64,000 bases of DNA from an uncultured Acidobacteriota bacterium (GTDB taxonomy: Bacteria; Acidobacteriota; UBA6911): NCBI GenBank assembly GCA_963843575.1, contig CAWJKZ010000021.1, positions 1 to 64,000 of the forward strand, given 5' to 3'. Positions within the stretch are counted from its first letter, which is position 1; each line of letters opens with the position of its first letter. Shown piece after piece: positions 33,308-43,756 of this stretch. The translations under genes were made by a program, and so were the position numbers. The notes below the pieces were generated by a model. It made no database searches. It was not told where the DNA came from and saw nothing but the letters and a program-made list of their open reading frames with translations.

Positions 33308-35453
33308 ATGGCGGAGTTGGTGTCGCTGCTCGCCCGAGGTGATATCGGCATCATCAGGATTGAGAATCCTCCGGTGAATGCCCTCAGCCCCGGTGTGCCT
33401 GAAGGAATCGTTGCGGCAATCGGGTCGGCGGCGAGCGAGCGGTCTTTGCGCGGCGTGGTTCTAATCGGGGGAGGGAAGACTTTCATTGCGGGCGCAGACA
33501 TCCGTGAGTTCCAGAAGATGACGGCGGGTGCGAGGGAGCGCCGGGTCGGACTGCACCCGCTGCTGTATGAGCTCGAGGACTGCCGCAAACCGGTGGTCTG
33601 CGCGATTCACGGTACTGCGTTCGGAGGGGGCCTGGAAGTGGCAATGGCCTGCCACTATCGCGTGGCTCTTGCCTCCGCCCGACTGGGTCAGCCCGAGGTC
33701 AAGCTGGGCCTGATCCCGGGCGCAGGAGGGACTCAGCGGCTGCCGCGCCTGGCAGGCGTCGCGCAGGCCCTGGAAATGTGCACCGGCGGCGGCGCGATCG
33801 GCGCCGCCGAGGCGCTGGCCTCGGGGATCGTCGATCGAGTCGTCGACGGCGACCTGGAGAGCGGGGCCGTGGCGTTCGCACGCGAAGTGGCCGACGGGGC
33901 GATCCCACGCAAGACGCGCCTCCTTCCCGGTGAAGCCGGGCGACGCCCTGGAAGTCGCGGCGCTCATCGCCGGCGCGCGCGAGCTCGTGCGCGCGCGCGA
34001 CCGCGGCAGGCTCGCCCCCCTGAAGGTGATCGACGCCATAGAGGCCGCCACAAAGCTGGACTTCGAGGCCGGCTGCGCCCGCGAGGCGGAGCTTTTCATG
34101 GAGTGTCTCTTTTCGGAGCAGTCCAAGGCGCTCATCCACGTCTTCTTCGGCGAGCGGGAGGTCTCGAAGGTCCCGGATCTCCCCAAAGGCACTCCCGTGG
34201 CGGATGTCCGTTCGGCCGCGATCGTCGGAGCTGGCACCATGGGAAGCGGGATCGCTATGGTCTACGCCAACGCCGGCATACCAGTACGGTTGGTGGATGC
34301 CGTGCCCGAGGCACTCGACCGGGGGATGGCCACAATCCAGAGCAACTACGCGGCCGCGGTGGCCAAAGGGCGGATCGGGGAGGAGGTGGCGGACGGGCGC
34401 CTGGGCCTCATTCGGGCCCAGACGGGATATGATGGTTTCGAAGCCGTCGACGTGGTAGTCGAAGCCGTGTACGAGTCCCTGGAACTGAAACGCCGGGTCT
34501 TCGGAGAACTCGATTCGGTCTGCCGGGCCGACGCCATCCTCGCCACCAATACCTCCAGCCTCGATATCGACCAGATCGCCGCGGCGACGGCGCGGCCCGA
34601 AAATGTCGTCGGGCACCATTTTTTCGCCCCTGCCGCCGTGATGCGCCTCCTCGAAGTGGTCCGCGGGACGGCTTCTTCCCCTCGGACGATAGCGTCTTCC
34701 ATGGCGCTGGCGAGGCGGCTCGACAAGACCGCCGTGCTCGTCGGGAACGGCCGCGGATTTGTCGGCAACCGGATGTACCACCAGTATCAGCGAGAAGCCC
34801 AGCTCCTCGTCGAGGACGGGGCGTCGGTGCCGCAGGTCGACGCCGCCCTCTACAACTTCGGGATGGCGATGGGGCCGCTGGCCACGGCCGATCTCTCGGG
34901 CCTGGACGTGAGCCGGCGCATCCGAAAGGAACACGCGGACGCGACGGCCACGAGCGGGCGCCAGCCGATGGTTGCAGAGCGCCTCTGCGAGATGGGCCGG
35001 CTCGGCCAGAAGACCGGAGCCGGATGGTATCGGTACGCGCCGGGAAGCAGGAAGCCTCTCGCGGATCCCGAAGTCGACAGGATCATTGCCCAGTGTGTCC
35101 GGGAGGCGGGGATTCCCCAGCGCACGATTCCGGCCGATGAAATCATGGAGCGCACGATCTACGCGCTCGTCAACGAAGGCGCGAAGATCCTCGAGGAGGG
35201 GATCGCGCGGAGGGCCGTGGACATCGACATCATCTACGTGCACGGCTACGCGTTCCCCGCGCACCGCGGCGGCCCCCTGTGGTACGCCGACACCGTGGGG
35301 CTGGACACGGTCTGCTCGAGGGTGCGCGCTTTCCAGGAGCAGTTCGGGGACCATTGGGCGCCGGCGCCGCTGCTTTGCAGGCTCGCCCGCGAGGGCGGCA
35401 CATTCGCCGGGCTCGACGGCGCCAACCCGCGGACCCTGCGCACGTCCGGATGA
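33308..35453 (+). CDS. Enoyl-CoA hydratase / 3-hydroxyacyl-CoA dehydrogenase (FadB/FadJ-like); frameshift near 33925
   Basis: NPPVNAL, AGADI, GGGLE, PEVKLGLIPGAGGTQRL; GAGTMGSGIA, EAVYE, NTSSL, HFFAPA. Confidence 0.9.
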
Positions 35454-35612
35454 ACCGCTCACGCGCTATTCCAGCCGCCTGCAGGAATAGCTTTGCCCCG
35501 GGCCTCGCCCCTCCCTTATCCTGACCCCAACACGAACGGGGGCGAGGACGCACTAACGGGCCGATCTTGCAAGGGGAGCCGTACGGCCCCGCCACACAGT
35601 CAGGGGAGGGTC

Positions 35613-36086
35613 ATGAGCGAGGCTGCCGGGGGCGTCATCCACGTCGCGCTCGTCCGGCCCGAGATCCACCCGAACACCGGCAATGTCGCACGCCTCTGTG
35701 CCGCCAACCGCCTGCCCCTGCACATCGTGGGCAAGCCAGGTTTCCGAATTGACGAGCGATCCGTGCGGCGGGCCGGGCTGGACTACTGGCCCTATGTCGA
35801 CCTGCGGTGCGAGAGGGGCTTGGCGGAAATGTCGGCGGGCCTGCCGGACTCGAGGCTGTTCTACTTCAGCGCACGCACGGGACGACCCTACACCGAGGTG
35901 ACATACGCGCCAGGAGACTGCCTCGTGTTCGGATCGGAATCGCGCGGCTTGCCCGAAGCCCTCCTGGCCGAACACCGGGAGCACACGCTTACGATTCCCA
36001 TGTGCTCCCCCCACGTGCGCTGCCTCAACCTGGCCACCGCCGTAGCGATCGCCGTGTACGAGGCCCTGCGCCAGTTGCGCAGGTAG
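35613..36086 (+). CDS. trmL: tRNA (cytidine/uridine-34-2'-O)-methyltransferase
   Basis: PEIHPNTGNVARLC, RRAGLDYW, FGSESRGL, LNLATAV SPOUT motifs. Confidence 0.9.
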   Translation: MSEAAGGVIHVALVRPEIHPNTGNVARLCAANRLPLHIVGKPGFRIDERSVRRAGLDYWPYVDLRCERGLAEMSAGLPDSRLFYFSARTGRPYTEVTYAPGDCLVFGSESRGLPEALLAEHREHTLTIPMCSPHVRCLNLATAVAIAVYEALRQLRR

Positions 36087-36139
36087 CACTTGGTTTTCCG
36101 CCGTTTCATGATATCAATCTGGGGGAGCGGAGATCCCCG

Positions 36140-37318
36140 ATGTTACAGACAGCGAAGCCGACAACGGTACCCGATCCGGATCGGGCGCGGGCGAGCACCT
36201 CATCGTCGCCGGCCCGGCAGCGACTCGAATCCCTCGACGCCTTCAGGGGCGCAACCATCGCCGCGATGCTGCTGGTCAACAATCCCGGCACGGGGAGAGC
36301 CGTGTACGCTCCGCTGCGCCACGCCGAGTGGCACGGATGGACCTTCACCGACCTGATCTTCCCGTTTTTCCTGTGGATCGTCGGCGTGGCGATGACGTTG
36401 TCGTTCGAAAAGCGGCTTGGTTCCGGCGACGCACGCGGGATGCTCCTGCGGCATGCCCTGCGCCGCTCCGCCGTAATATTCGCACTGGGACTTCTCCTGG
36501 CCGCCGTCCCACGTTTTGACCTGGGCGGACTCCGCATACCCGGCGTGCTCCAGCGGATCGCGGTCTGTTATCTGGCCGCCACCGTCATCTACCTGTGGAC
36601 CGGGATTCGCGGGCAGATCCTCTGGACTGCGGCGCTGCTGGGCGGGTACTGGGCCCTGATGAGACTCGTTCCTGTGCCAGGATACGGCCGCGGCGTACTC
36701 GACGTCGACGGGAATTTCGCCCATTACGTCGACAGCATCCTGCTGCGCGGTCATATGCTGGCGGCCAGGACTTGGGACCCGGAGGGGGTCGTCAGCACGC
36801 TCCCGTCCATCGCCACGACCCTGTTCGGCATTCTGACCGGACACATCCTGCGCTCACGACGCGGCGCGCCGGAAAGGACAGTCTGGATCTTCCTGTCTGG
36901 CAACGTGCTGATCGTCGCCGGCCTCGTAATGGACGCGTGGCTGCCCATCAACAAGAACCTCTGGACCAGCTCTTTCTCCGTCTTCATGGCCGGTATGGCC
37001 GCGAGCGTCTTCGCCGGCTGCTACTGGCTGATCGACGTTCAGGGCCTCCGGCGCTGGGCGAAGCCGTTCACCATTTACGGGATGAACGCCATAGCCGTTT
37101 ACGTCATGGCTGGGCTGCTGGCCCGGCTCCTCGGATACGCGACGGTCGCGGCCGGCGCAGGCTCGGCGATCACGTTGAAGGAGTACCTCTTCCAACGTGT
37201 ATTCGCCCCGCTGGCCCAGCCGGTGAATGCCTCGTTACTCTTTGCATTTTGCTTTGTGCTGATCTTCTTTGGGATAGCATATCTAATGTATCGCTTTAAG
37301 TGGTTCATAAAGGTTTGA
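36140..37318 (+). CDS. HGSNAT/NagX-like (DUF5009) membrane acyltransferase
   Basis: RLESLDAFRG, HAEWHGWTFTDLIFPFF, GVLQRI, DPEG, PINKNLWTSS. Confidence 0.88.
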   Translation: MLQTAKPTTVPDPDRARASTSSSPARQRLESLDAFRGATIAAMLLVNNPGTGRAVYAPLRHAEWHGWTFTDLIFPFFLWIVGVAMTLSFEKRLGSGDARGMLLRHALRRSAVIFALGLLLAAVPRFDLGGLRIPGVLQRIAVCYLAATVIYLWTGIRGQILWTAALLGGYWALMRLVPVPGYGRGVLDVDGNFAHYVDSILLRGHMLAARTWDPEGVVSTLPSIATTLFGILTGHILRSRRGAPERTVWIFLSGNVLIVAGLVMDAWLPINKNLWTSSFSVFMAGMAASVFAGCYWLIDVQGLRRWAKPFTIYGMNAIAVYVMAGLLARLLGYATVAAGAGSAITLKEYLFQRVFAPLAQPVNASLLFAFCFVLIFFGIAYLMYRFKWFIKV

Positions 37319-39115
37319 GCGCGCCGTCGAAGTCTCCCGATCCCCTCGCCGAGTACGGCAGCCGGCGGGAAGCGCGCAAAGCGGCGGCGGGGCGGCAAGA
37401 CCGGCTGCACCGGATGATCGGCAACATGCGGCTGGCGGTGTGCCTGTGTGCCGCCGCGCTCGCCTGGCTCTCGTTCAGTTACGCGGCGGCTCAGTCCGTG
37501 GTGGCTCGCCGCGCCGGCCGTGGCTTTTGCGGTGCTCGTCGTGGTGCACGAGCGGGTGGCGCGGGCGCGCCGCCGCCTCGAGCGGGCCGGCGAATTCTAC
37601 GAGCAGGGGATCGCGAGGGTACAGGACCGCTGGGTCGGGCAGGGGACGACCGGTGCCCGATACTCCGACGCCACCCATCCCTATGTCGACGACCTGGATC
37701 TGTTCGGCAAGGGTTCCCTTTTCGAGCTTCTGTGCACGGCGCGCTCGCGGGCCGGCGAGGACACCCTGGCCGAGTGGTTGCGGTCTCCGGCGGCTCCGGC
37801 CGAGATACGGTCGCGGCAGGAAGCCGTCGAGGAGCTGCGCAACCGGCTTGACCTGCGCGAGGACCTCGCAGTGCTCGGGGGGACCTGCGGACGGGTTTTG
37901 ACCCGGTGGCGCTCGCTGCCTGGGGAAGCGCCCCGCCGCTCTTGTCCTCGGCGCAGCTGCGGGGGGCGGCTGCCGGACTGGCGGTCCTGGGTGCTGCGGG
38001 CTTGACCCTCTGGGGAACGACGGGGGTTGCGGCCTGGTTTGCCGTTGCGGCGGCCGCGGAAGCCGGCTTCGCCTTATGGTTGCGTCCCCGGGTAAGGCGT
38101 GTCATCGAGGCGGTTGAGGAGCCTGGACGCGACCTGGCCCTCCTTGCGCAGTTGTTGAAGCGCCTGGAAGGCGAGCAGTTTCGCTGTCGGCGCCTAGTGG
38201 ATCTGCGCCGGGCTCTCGAGACGGGGGGCCAACCCCCGTCGGTACGCATCGCGCAACTCCATCGGCTTATCGTGCTGCTCGATTCACGCCGCAACCAGCT
38301 GTTTGCATTGATCGCCGGGCTGCTCCTCTGGGGAACGCAGTTGGCGTTCGCCATCGAGGCCTGGAGGCGCTTGTCGGGGCCCGGTGTGAAACGATGGCTC
38401 GAGGCGGCAGGGGAGATGGAGGCGCTGTGCGCCCTGGCCGGGCACGGGTTCGAGCAGCCGCGCGATCCGTTCCCCGAGATCGTGGACGAAGGGCCCTGTT
38501 TCGAGGCCGTTGGGCTCGGGCACCCGTTGCTCGCGGACGGCCGCAACGTCAGGAACGACCTCTCGCTCGGCAGCCGACATGAGAGTCCTGGTCATCAGCG
38601 GATCGAACATGTCGGGGAAGAGCACCCTGCTGCGCAGCGTCGGGACGAATGCGGTATTGGCTCTGTGCGGCGCGCCGGTGCGCGCCCTGCGCCTGCGCAT
38701 TTCGCCTCTGGCAGTGGGGGGCGCAATCAGGATCACCGATTCCCTGCAGGCCGGCAGTTCGCGCTTTTACACCGAGATCACCCGGTTGCGGCAGCTCGTC
38801 GATATCACCCGCGGGCAGCTGCCGCTGTTGTTTCTGCTGGACGAGCTGCTTCAGGGGACCAACTCGCACGACCGGAGAATAGGTGCTGAGGCCGTGATCC
38901 GGGGACTTGTGCAGCGGGGGGCGATCGGTCTGCTGACGACCCACGACCTCGCCCTGGCCCACATCGCCGAGGTGCTCGCGCCCCGTGCAGCGAACGTGCA
39001 TTTCGAGGATCGGCTGACGGACGGCCGGATCGAATTCGACTATCGTCTCCGGCCCGGTGTCGTGCAGCGCAGTAACGCCCTGGAACTGATGCGCTCCGTC
39101 GGGCTCGACGTTTGA
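37315..39115 (+). CDS. Membrane-anchored MutS-domain-V ATPase (MutS-related); frameshifts near 37495, 37900 and 38575
   Basis: HPYVDDLDLFGKGSLF, GHPLL, ISGSNMSGKSTLLR, SRFYTEI, LLDELLQGTNS, TTHDL. Confidence 0.8.
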
Positions 39116-39121
39116 GGTGTG

Positions 39122-39196
39122 TGGAGTGCGGCGCCTCGGCGCCGCTTTCGACCGCATCCCAGGGCCCAACTCCCCGGCGCCTCGGCGCCACCCCAA
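39122..39196. repeat. REP-like GC-rich palindromic unit(s)
   Basis: TGGAGTGCGGCGCCTCGGCGCCGCTTT followed by GGCGCCTCGGCGCCACCCCA. Confidence 0.55.
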
Positions 39197-39248
39197 ACCG
39201 CGACATTCCTGGCTGCGCCGCCTCTGCACTCTCGTGCTGCGGCGTCCG

Positions 39249-40427
39249 TCAGCGATCCAGCCTGTGCCGGAATGCGGCGATGCGTGCGAGGGCCGGTTCA
39301 AGGACGCCGCGGTCGGCTGCGTAGCATATGCGGACGGATCCCTCGCCCCCGGACCCAAAGGCCACACCTGGCGCGATGCCGACCTTCTCCTCGACCAGCA
39401 GCCGCCGGCAAAACTCGAAGGTGTCCTCCACTCCATCGATCCTCGGGAACAGGTAGAATGCGCCCTCGGACTGGGGCACCGCGACGCCCGGGATATCGAG
39501 GAGCGCGGCGCGGGCGAAGTCACGGTTCTCCCGCAACCGGTCGACCATGCGGCGCAGTTCGGGTTCGCCTTCGGCCAGGGCGGTCTCGGCGGCTTTCTGA
39601 GCCATCGAGGGTGCGTGGGAGACGATGAACTCGTTCAGCTGCGTAGCCTTGAGCGCAAGATCGGCGCGCGAGGCAAGCCACCCCAGGCGCCACCCGGTCA
39701 TGCAGTAACTCTTGGAAAACGAGTGCACCACGACGACGGCGTCGTTCCGGTCGCACTGGCGGAGGAGCGACGGGGCGACCGGCCCCTCATAGTACAGGCG
39801 CTCATAGACCTCGTCGGCGAGGAGCCAGAGTCCTCGGCTCCGGCAGAGGTCCAGGAGCATCTGCTGGTCTCTCTCTCGCGCCACCCAGCCCAGGGGATTG
39901 GAAGGCGACGTGTAGACGATCAGGCGCGTGCGCTCCGAGATGGCGTCGACGATGGCGTCGAAGTCGATCTCATACCGATCCTCGGTCAAGGGGTGGGGGA
40001 TTTCCACCGGTGTTGCGGAACACATGCGCACGATGGCGCCGCCGTTCGGCCATGCCGGCGTGAGCACGATCGCTTCGTCCCCCGGGTCCAGGACGCACCG
40101 TATCGCGACGTGCAGCGCCTGCACACCCGAGGCGGTCACGACGATTTCCCTGCCGGGGTCCAGTGTCACCGAGTGCAGTTCGCGGTACTTCTCGGCAATC
40201 GCCCGTCGGAGGGTGGGCAGGCCGGCGTTGGCCGTGTAATAGGTGTAGCCCTGTTCCAGGGCCCGGACCGCCGCGTCTTTGATGTACTGGGGCGTGGGCA
40301 GGTTGGATTCGCCGAAGTAGAGCTTGAGGACGCCGTCCATGGACATCGCGATGTCGGCGAGTTCTCGGATGCGGGACTGGGGGACTGCCGCAACGGAGCG
40401 GGCGAGAGAAGGCTGGTTGGAATTCAT
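39249..40427 (-). CDS. Class I/II PLP-dependent aminotransferase
   Basis: YTANAG, PSNPLG, DEVY, SFSKSYCMTGWRLG. Confidence 0.92.
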   Translation of the reverse strand: MNSNQPSLARSVAAVPQSRIRELADIAMSMDGVLKLYFGESNLPTPQYIKDAAVRALEQGYTYYTANAGLPTLRRAIAEKYRELHSVTLDPGREIVVTASGVQALHVAIRCVLDPGDEAIVLTPAWPNGGAIVRMCSATPVEIPHPLTEDRYEIDFDAIVDAISERTRLIVYTSPSNPLGWVARERDQQMLLDLCRSRGLWLLADEVYERLYYEGPVAPSLLRQCDRNDAVVVVHSFSKSYCMTGWRLGWLASRADLALKATQLNEFIVSHAPSMAQKAAETALAEGEPELRRMVDRLRENRDFARAALLDIPGVAVPQSEGAFYLFPRIDGVEDTFEFCRRLLVEEKVGIAPGVAFGSGGEGSVRICYAADRGVLEPALARIAAFRHRLDR

Positions 40428-40689
40428 AGGTGTTCCGGTGTCGAGCGCCAGTTCACTCGGACGCCGGCGGCGCGTTCCCGGCGGGTGTTTTCGGCGACCC
40501 TCTGGGGCGGGCCGGCGCGCTCCCAGCCGGCCGCCCGCCAACTGTAGGGGCAGATGGGCAAAGAGGTCAAGCGTGAACCCCCCGGCCAAGGGTTCGCGCA
40601 AGAATAAGTTCACCTTTTGGCGCGAGCGCCGGGCGTGCAGATGCCAGGCGCCGTCAGCAAAATGTGGACATATGCTTGCGCGAACCTAA

Positions 40690-42379
40690 CCCGGATTATT
40701 CATCAGATCGTCGTAAATGGGGATTTGGCTGCCCGAGTGTGAGATGAAGACGGGGTATTCTCACTATGAGCAGTGGTTCATAGCTGGCAATTTGTGCTGG
40801 TGGCTCGATTCGGCGACAGCGGAACGCGCAACCAAGGGTTTCCGTGTGGTCCGTGCGTAGACTTCGTCCAGAGCGTGCGGATTGGCGGTTAACTTGCAGA
40901 ATATTCGGACACTTCATCCGGGCAAAGCGCCGGTCGCTTGTGCAACCCGGCGCCATGTTTTGATCCAGGCAAAGTCGGCGGGAAGATGCAGGACGATGCG
41001 CCGCACGGAGCTCTGAATCCACGCCCCCACTTTCAGCAGGCGTTCTCGGAGAGTGCTGACCTGTGCACTCTCGCAGCAAGTACCTGCCGCCAATCGGCGC
41101 ATCTCCTGCATCAGGACATAAGCAGCAGCCGTCATCAGAACACGCAGCTGGTTGGCCTGGAAGCTCGTGCAGCTGGTGCGGTCCATTTCGAGCCCTTGAT
41201 GAAGCTCCTTGATCCGATTCTCGGCATCGCCCCGTTCCCGGTAAATCTGGTAGACGTTGGCCGGGGTGTGCGGGAGGTTGGTGACAACAAACCGGGCGTT
41301 GTTTTTCGGGTCCCGTCCGGGATGGCGTACAACCTCGGCCTTGATGATGATACGCCGGCGACGGGACCACTTTCTGGCGGCATACCGGGTTTCACCGAAG
41401 ACATGCTCGGTCTGACCGGACTGACGCGACAAGATCCGGGCCCGCCCCATCAACCGCCGCGCCCGCTTCTCGAGCCTGACATTGGAACCCATGGCGACGA
41501 CATAGTCGACAGCTTCTTCGTCGAGGAAGTCGAGCAATCGAGGGTTGGCAAAACCTCCATCGAGCCGCACACGGATGCGGGTTTTCCCGAAGGCCATGCG
41601 CAGCAAACCAAGGATGCGCCGCAGAATGCCGACGGCTCCCAGGGCCGCCGGTGCATTGCCGGGGCGCAGGACGACGGTGAACAGGTACTTTTCAGGTTCG
41701 TCGTTGAACTGAAGCGTACCGACGACCGGCAGATAGCACCAGGTGTCGTAGTGCCCATTGAAGAAGCTCAGTTGCTGCTGCCCGTGAGTGGGATCGTCCG
41801 TAGGGTCGAGATCGATCGTGATCAGGCGAGCCTTGCCCCGGAGCCGGCGGGCATGATGATCGACGACGATGTCGGCGAGCTCGTTCCCCATTCGGACCAG
41901 ATCTCGATTCGACACGGAATTCTCAAAGCGCGAGAGCGTCGGCTGCGATCCGAGAGGATCGCCTTCGATGGGATCACGGTCAAGGATCATCTTGTGGACG
42001 GGGTCATGCCGCAAACGGCCGGCGTCGTTGCAGTCGGCGTAGCCGCAGGCAAGACCGTAGATGCGCTGGCGCAGCAGATCATGCACGGGATGCCAAACTC
42101 GCTCTGCCTCGCGAGTGTCTTCGATACACGAAGCCAGTCTCTCGGACAAACCGAGTCGTTGGTCGATAGCTTTCAAGAGAATGGCACCGCCTTCGGAACT
42201 GCTATTGTCCTGGTCGAAGGTCGCAAGAATGGGCTTGAGGAGCAGGTCGGGAAACAGAACACTCTGTGTGGTAAGATTAGCCATCGAAGAGCCTCTGCTT
42301 GCGTTGAGAATTTGTTTGGCGACAAGTTCTTATACGCATTCAGGGGCTCTTCGTTTCTATACCTCATGAATAATCCGGG
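40690..42379 (-). mobile_element. IS1380-family insertion sequence, about 1.69 kb
   Basis: Perfect 14-bp TIR CCCGGATTATTCAT / ATGAATAATCCGGG, lower GC than the flanks, single transposase. Confidence 0.93.
40914..42284 (-). CDS. IS1380-family DDE transposase
   Basis: SSEGGAILL, GYADCND, SQPTLSRFEN, IDLDPTDD, RLDGGF, YRERGDAENRIKE. Confidence 0.95.
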   Translation of the reverse strand: MANLTTQSVLFPDLLLKPILATFDQDNSSSEGGAILLKAIDQRLGLSERLASCIEDTREAERVWHPVHDLLRQRIYGLACGYADCNDAGRLRHDPVHKMILDRDPIEGDPLGSQPTLSRFENSVSNRDLVRMGNELADIVVDHHARRLRGKARLITIDLDPTDDPTHGQQQLSFFNGHYDTWCYLPVVGTLQFNDEPEKYLFTVVLRPGNAPAALGAVGILRRILGLLRMAFGKTRIRVRLDGGFANPRLLDFLDEEAVDYVVAMGSNVRLEKRARRLMGRARILSRQSGQTEHVFGETRYAARKWSRRRRIIIKAEVVRHPGRDPKNNARFVVTNLPHTPANVYQIYRERGDAENRIKELHQGLEMDRTSCTSFQANQLRVLMTAAAYVLMQEMRRLAAGTCCESAQVSTLRERLLKVGAWIQSSVRRIVLHLPADFAWIKTWRRVAQATGALPG

Positions 42380-42442
42380 TTAAGGTTCTCCGTTCCGATT
42401 TCGCGCGCATTTGCCGGCCGGATCGGCCGATATGTTACCTCG

Positions 42443-42904
42443 ATGAAGCCCCACCCCCACGGAAATCCCGACCCCCGTGTCGTGGAAAGGAGATCGGGCG
42501 CGGACCGGCGCAGGAGACAATCGTTCTTGCCGGAGTTGTCGTCGCGGCGCAGGCGTCACCGCAGCGGCCGGCGGAGGGACGACCGGGGGTACGTCGACCG
42601 CTATGACGCACGCACCTGGGGCGTCGCGCTTTCCGTCCTGGTTCTTTCCGTGATGGATGCCTGGCTCACGGGCATGCAGATCGTCCAGGGGAAGAGCCGC
42701 GAGGCCAATCCTCTGATGGACTGGGTCATCTGCCACGCGGGACTGTGGACGTTTTTTGGCCTGAAAGCGGCGATGACGGCCCTCCCCCTGGCGATCATCG
42801 TCCTGCACAAGGAGTGGCTCATGGCGAGGTACGCCGCCCGCCTGTGTCTGTGGTGCTACGTCGGGGTCTCCGTGTATCACCTCTACCTCGTCCTGATTGT
42901 CTGA
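42443..42904 (+). CDS. Small membrane protein (DUF5658-like) with Arg-rich N-terminus
   Basis: LSVMDAWLT, EANPLM, FFGLK hydrophobic helices. Confidence 0.7.
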   Translation: MKPHPHGNPDPRVVERRSGADRRRRQSFLPELSSRRRRHRSGRRRDDRGYVDRYDARTWGVALSVLVLSVMDAWLTGMQIVQGKSREANPLMDWVICHAGLWTFFGLKAAMTALPLAIIVLHKEWLMARYAARLCLWCYVGVSVYHLYLVLIV

Positions 42905-43015
42905 GCCCGGTAGGCCCTTGTTCCCGAGCCGCTTGCAATGTCCTTCGGAACGGAATACCCTTCTCGGTCTGTTGGCATGCCCGAGGCCGATACTCCGCGG
43001 GCGGAAAGGGAAGGC

Positions 43016-43525
43016 ATGGCGAAGCAGTGGAACACCCCTCCCCAGATGGGCATCGATCCGAAAAAGAACTACCAGGCGACCCTGAAGACCGAAAAAGGCG
43101 ACATCGTCATTCAGATGTATGCGGACAAGGTTCCGCAGACGGTGAACAATTTCGTCTTCCTGGCCCGCGAGGGTTTTTACGACGGTGTGACATTCCACCG
43201 GGTTATAGTCGATTTCATGGCGCAGGCCGGGGATCCCACGGGGACGGGCCGTGGCGGGCCCGGTTACCGATTTGCCGATGAGTTCAGCCGCGACCTCAGG
43301 CACGACGCTCCGGGGATGCTCAGCATGGCGAACGCGGGCCCGAACACCAACGGATCGCAGTTTTTCATCACGCACGTCCCGACCCCCTGGCTGGACGGGA
43401 AACACGCGGTTTTCGGCAAGGTCACCTCCGGGCTGGAGGTCCTCATGTCGATCCCGCCGCGTGATCCCGGACGTGCCAGTGAGCCCGGCGTGCGCATCGA
43501 CACGGTCGAGATCCGCGAATCCTGA
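43016..43525 (+). CDS. Cyclophilin-type peptidyl-prolyl isomerase
   Basis: [41 protein letters not shown]. Confidence 0.95.
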   Translation: MAKQWNTPPQMGIDPKKNYQATLKTEKGDIVIQMYADKVPQTVNNFVFLAREGFYDGVTFHRVIVDFMAQAGDPTGTGRGGPGYRFADEFSRDLRHDAPGMLSMANAGPNTNGSQFFITHVPTPWLDGKHAVFGKVTSGLEVLMSIPPRDPGRASEPGVRIDTVEIRES

Positions 43526-43756
43526 TCGGCTGAAAGACCTGCCGGGTATCGGATTGGCCTCGCGAAGCGGGTGGCCCCGTGCGACCTGCCGCGGGAGCGG
43601 GACGTCGCTGCTCCAGTGAGCCGCGGCGGCCCGACGTGCCTGCCCGTTTCAGACACTCCCCGGGCACGGGGCCGGGCCAACCCCGCCAGCCCGGTTGCGG
43701 GATCCGTGGGCCAAGGCCGGCGCACGAGGCCAGCCGGATTCACTTTCGGACAAGCG

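Noticed and set aside
33900-33950. Programmed ribosomal frameshift in the fadB-like gene (and in hypF, TonB-type receptor, SDR)
   Set aside because: No slippery heptamer, and indels are scattered over many unrelated genes, so assembly error is more parsimonious
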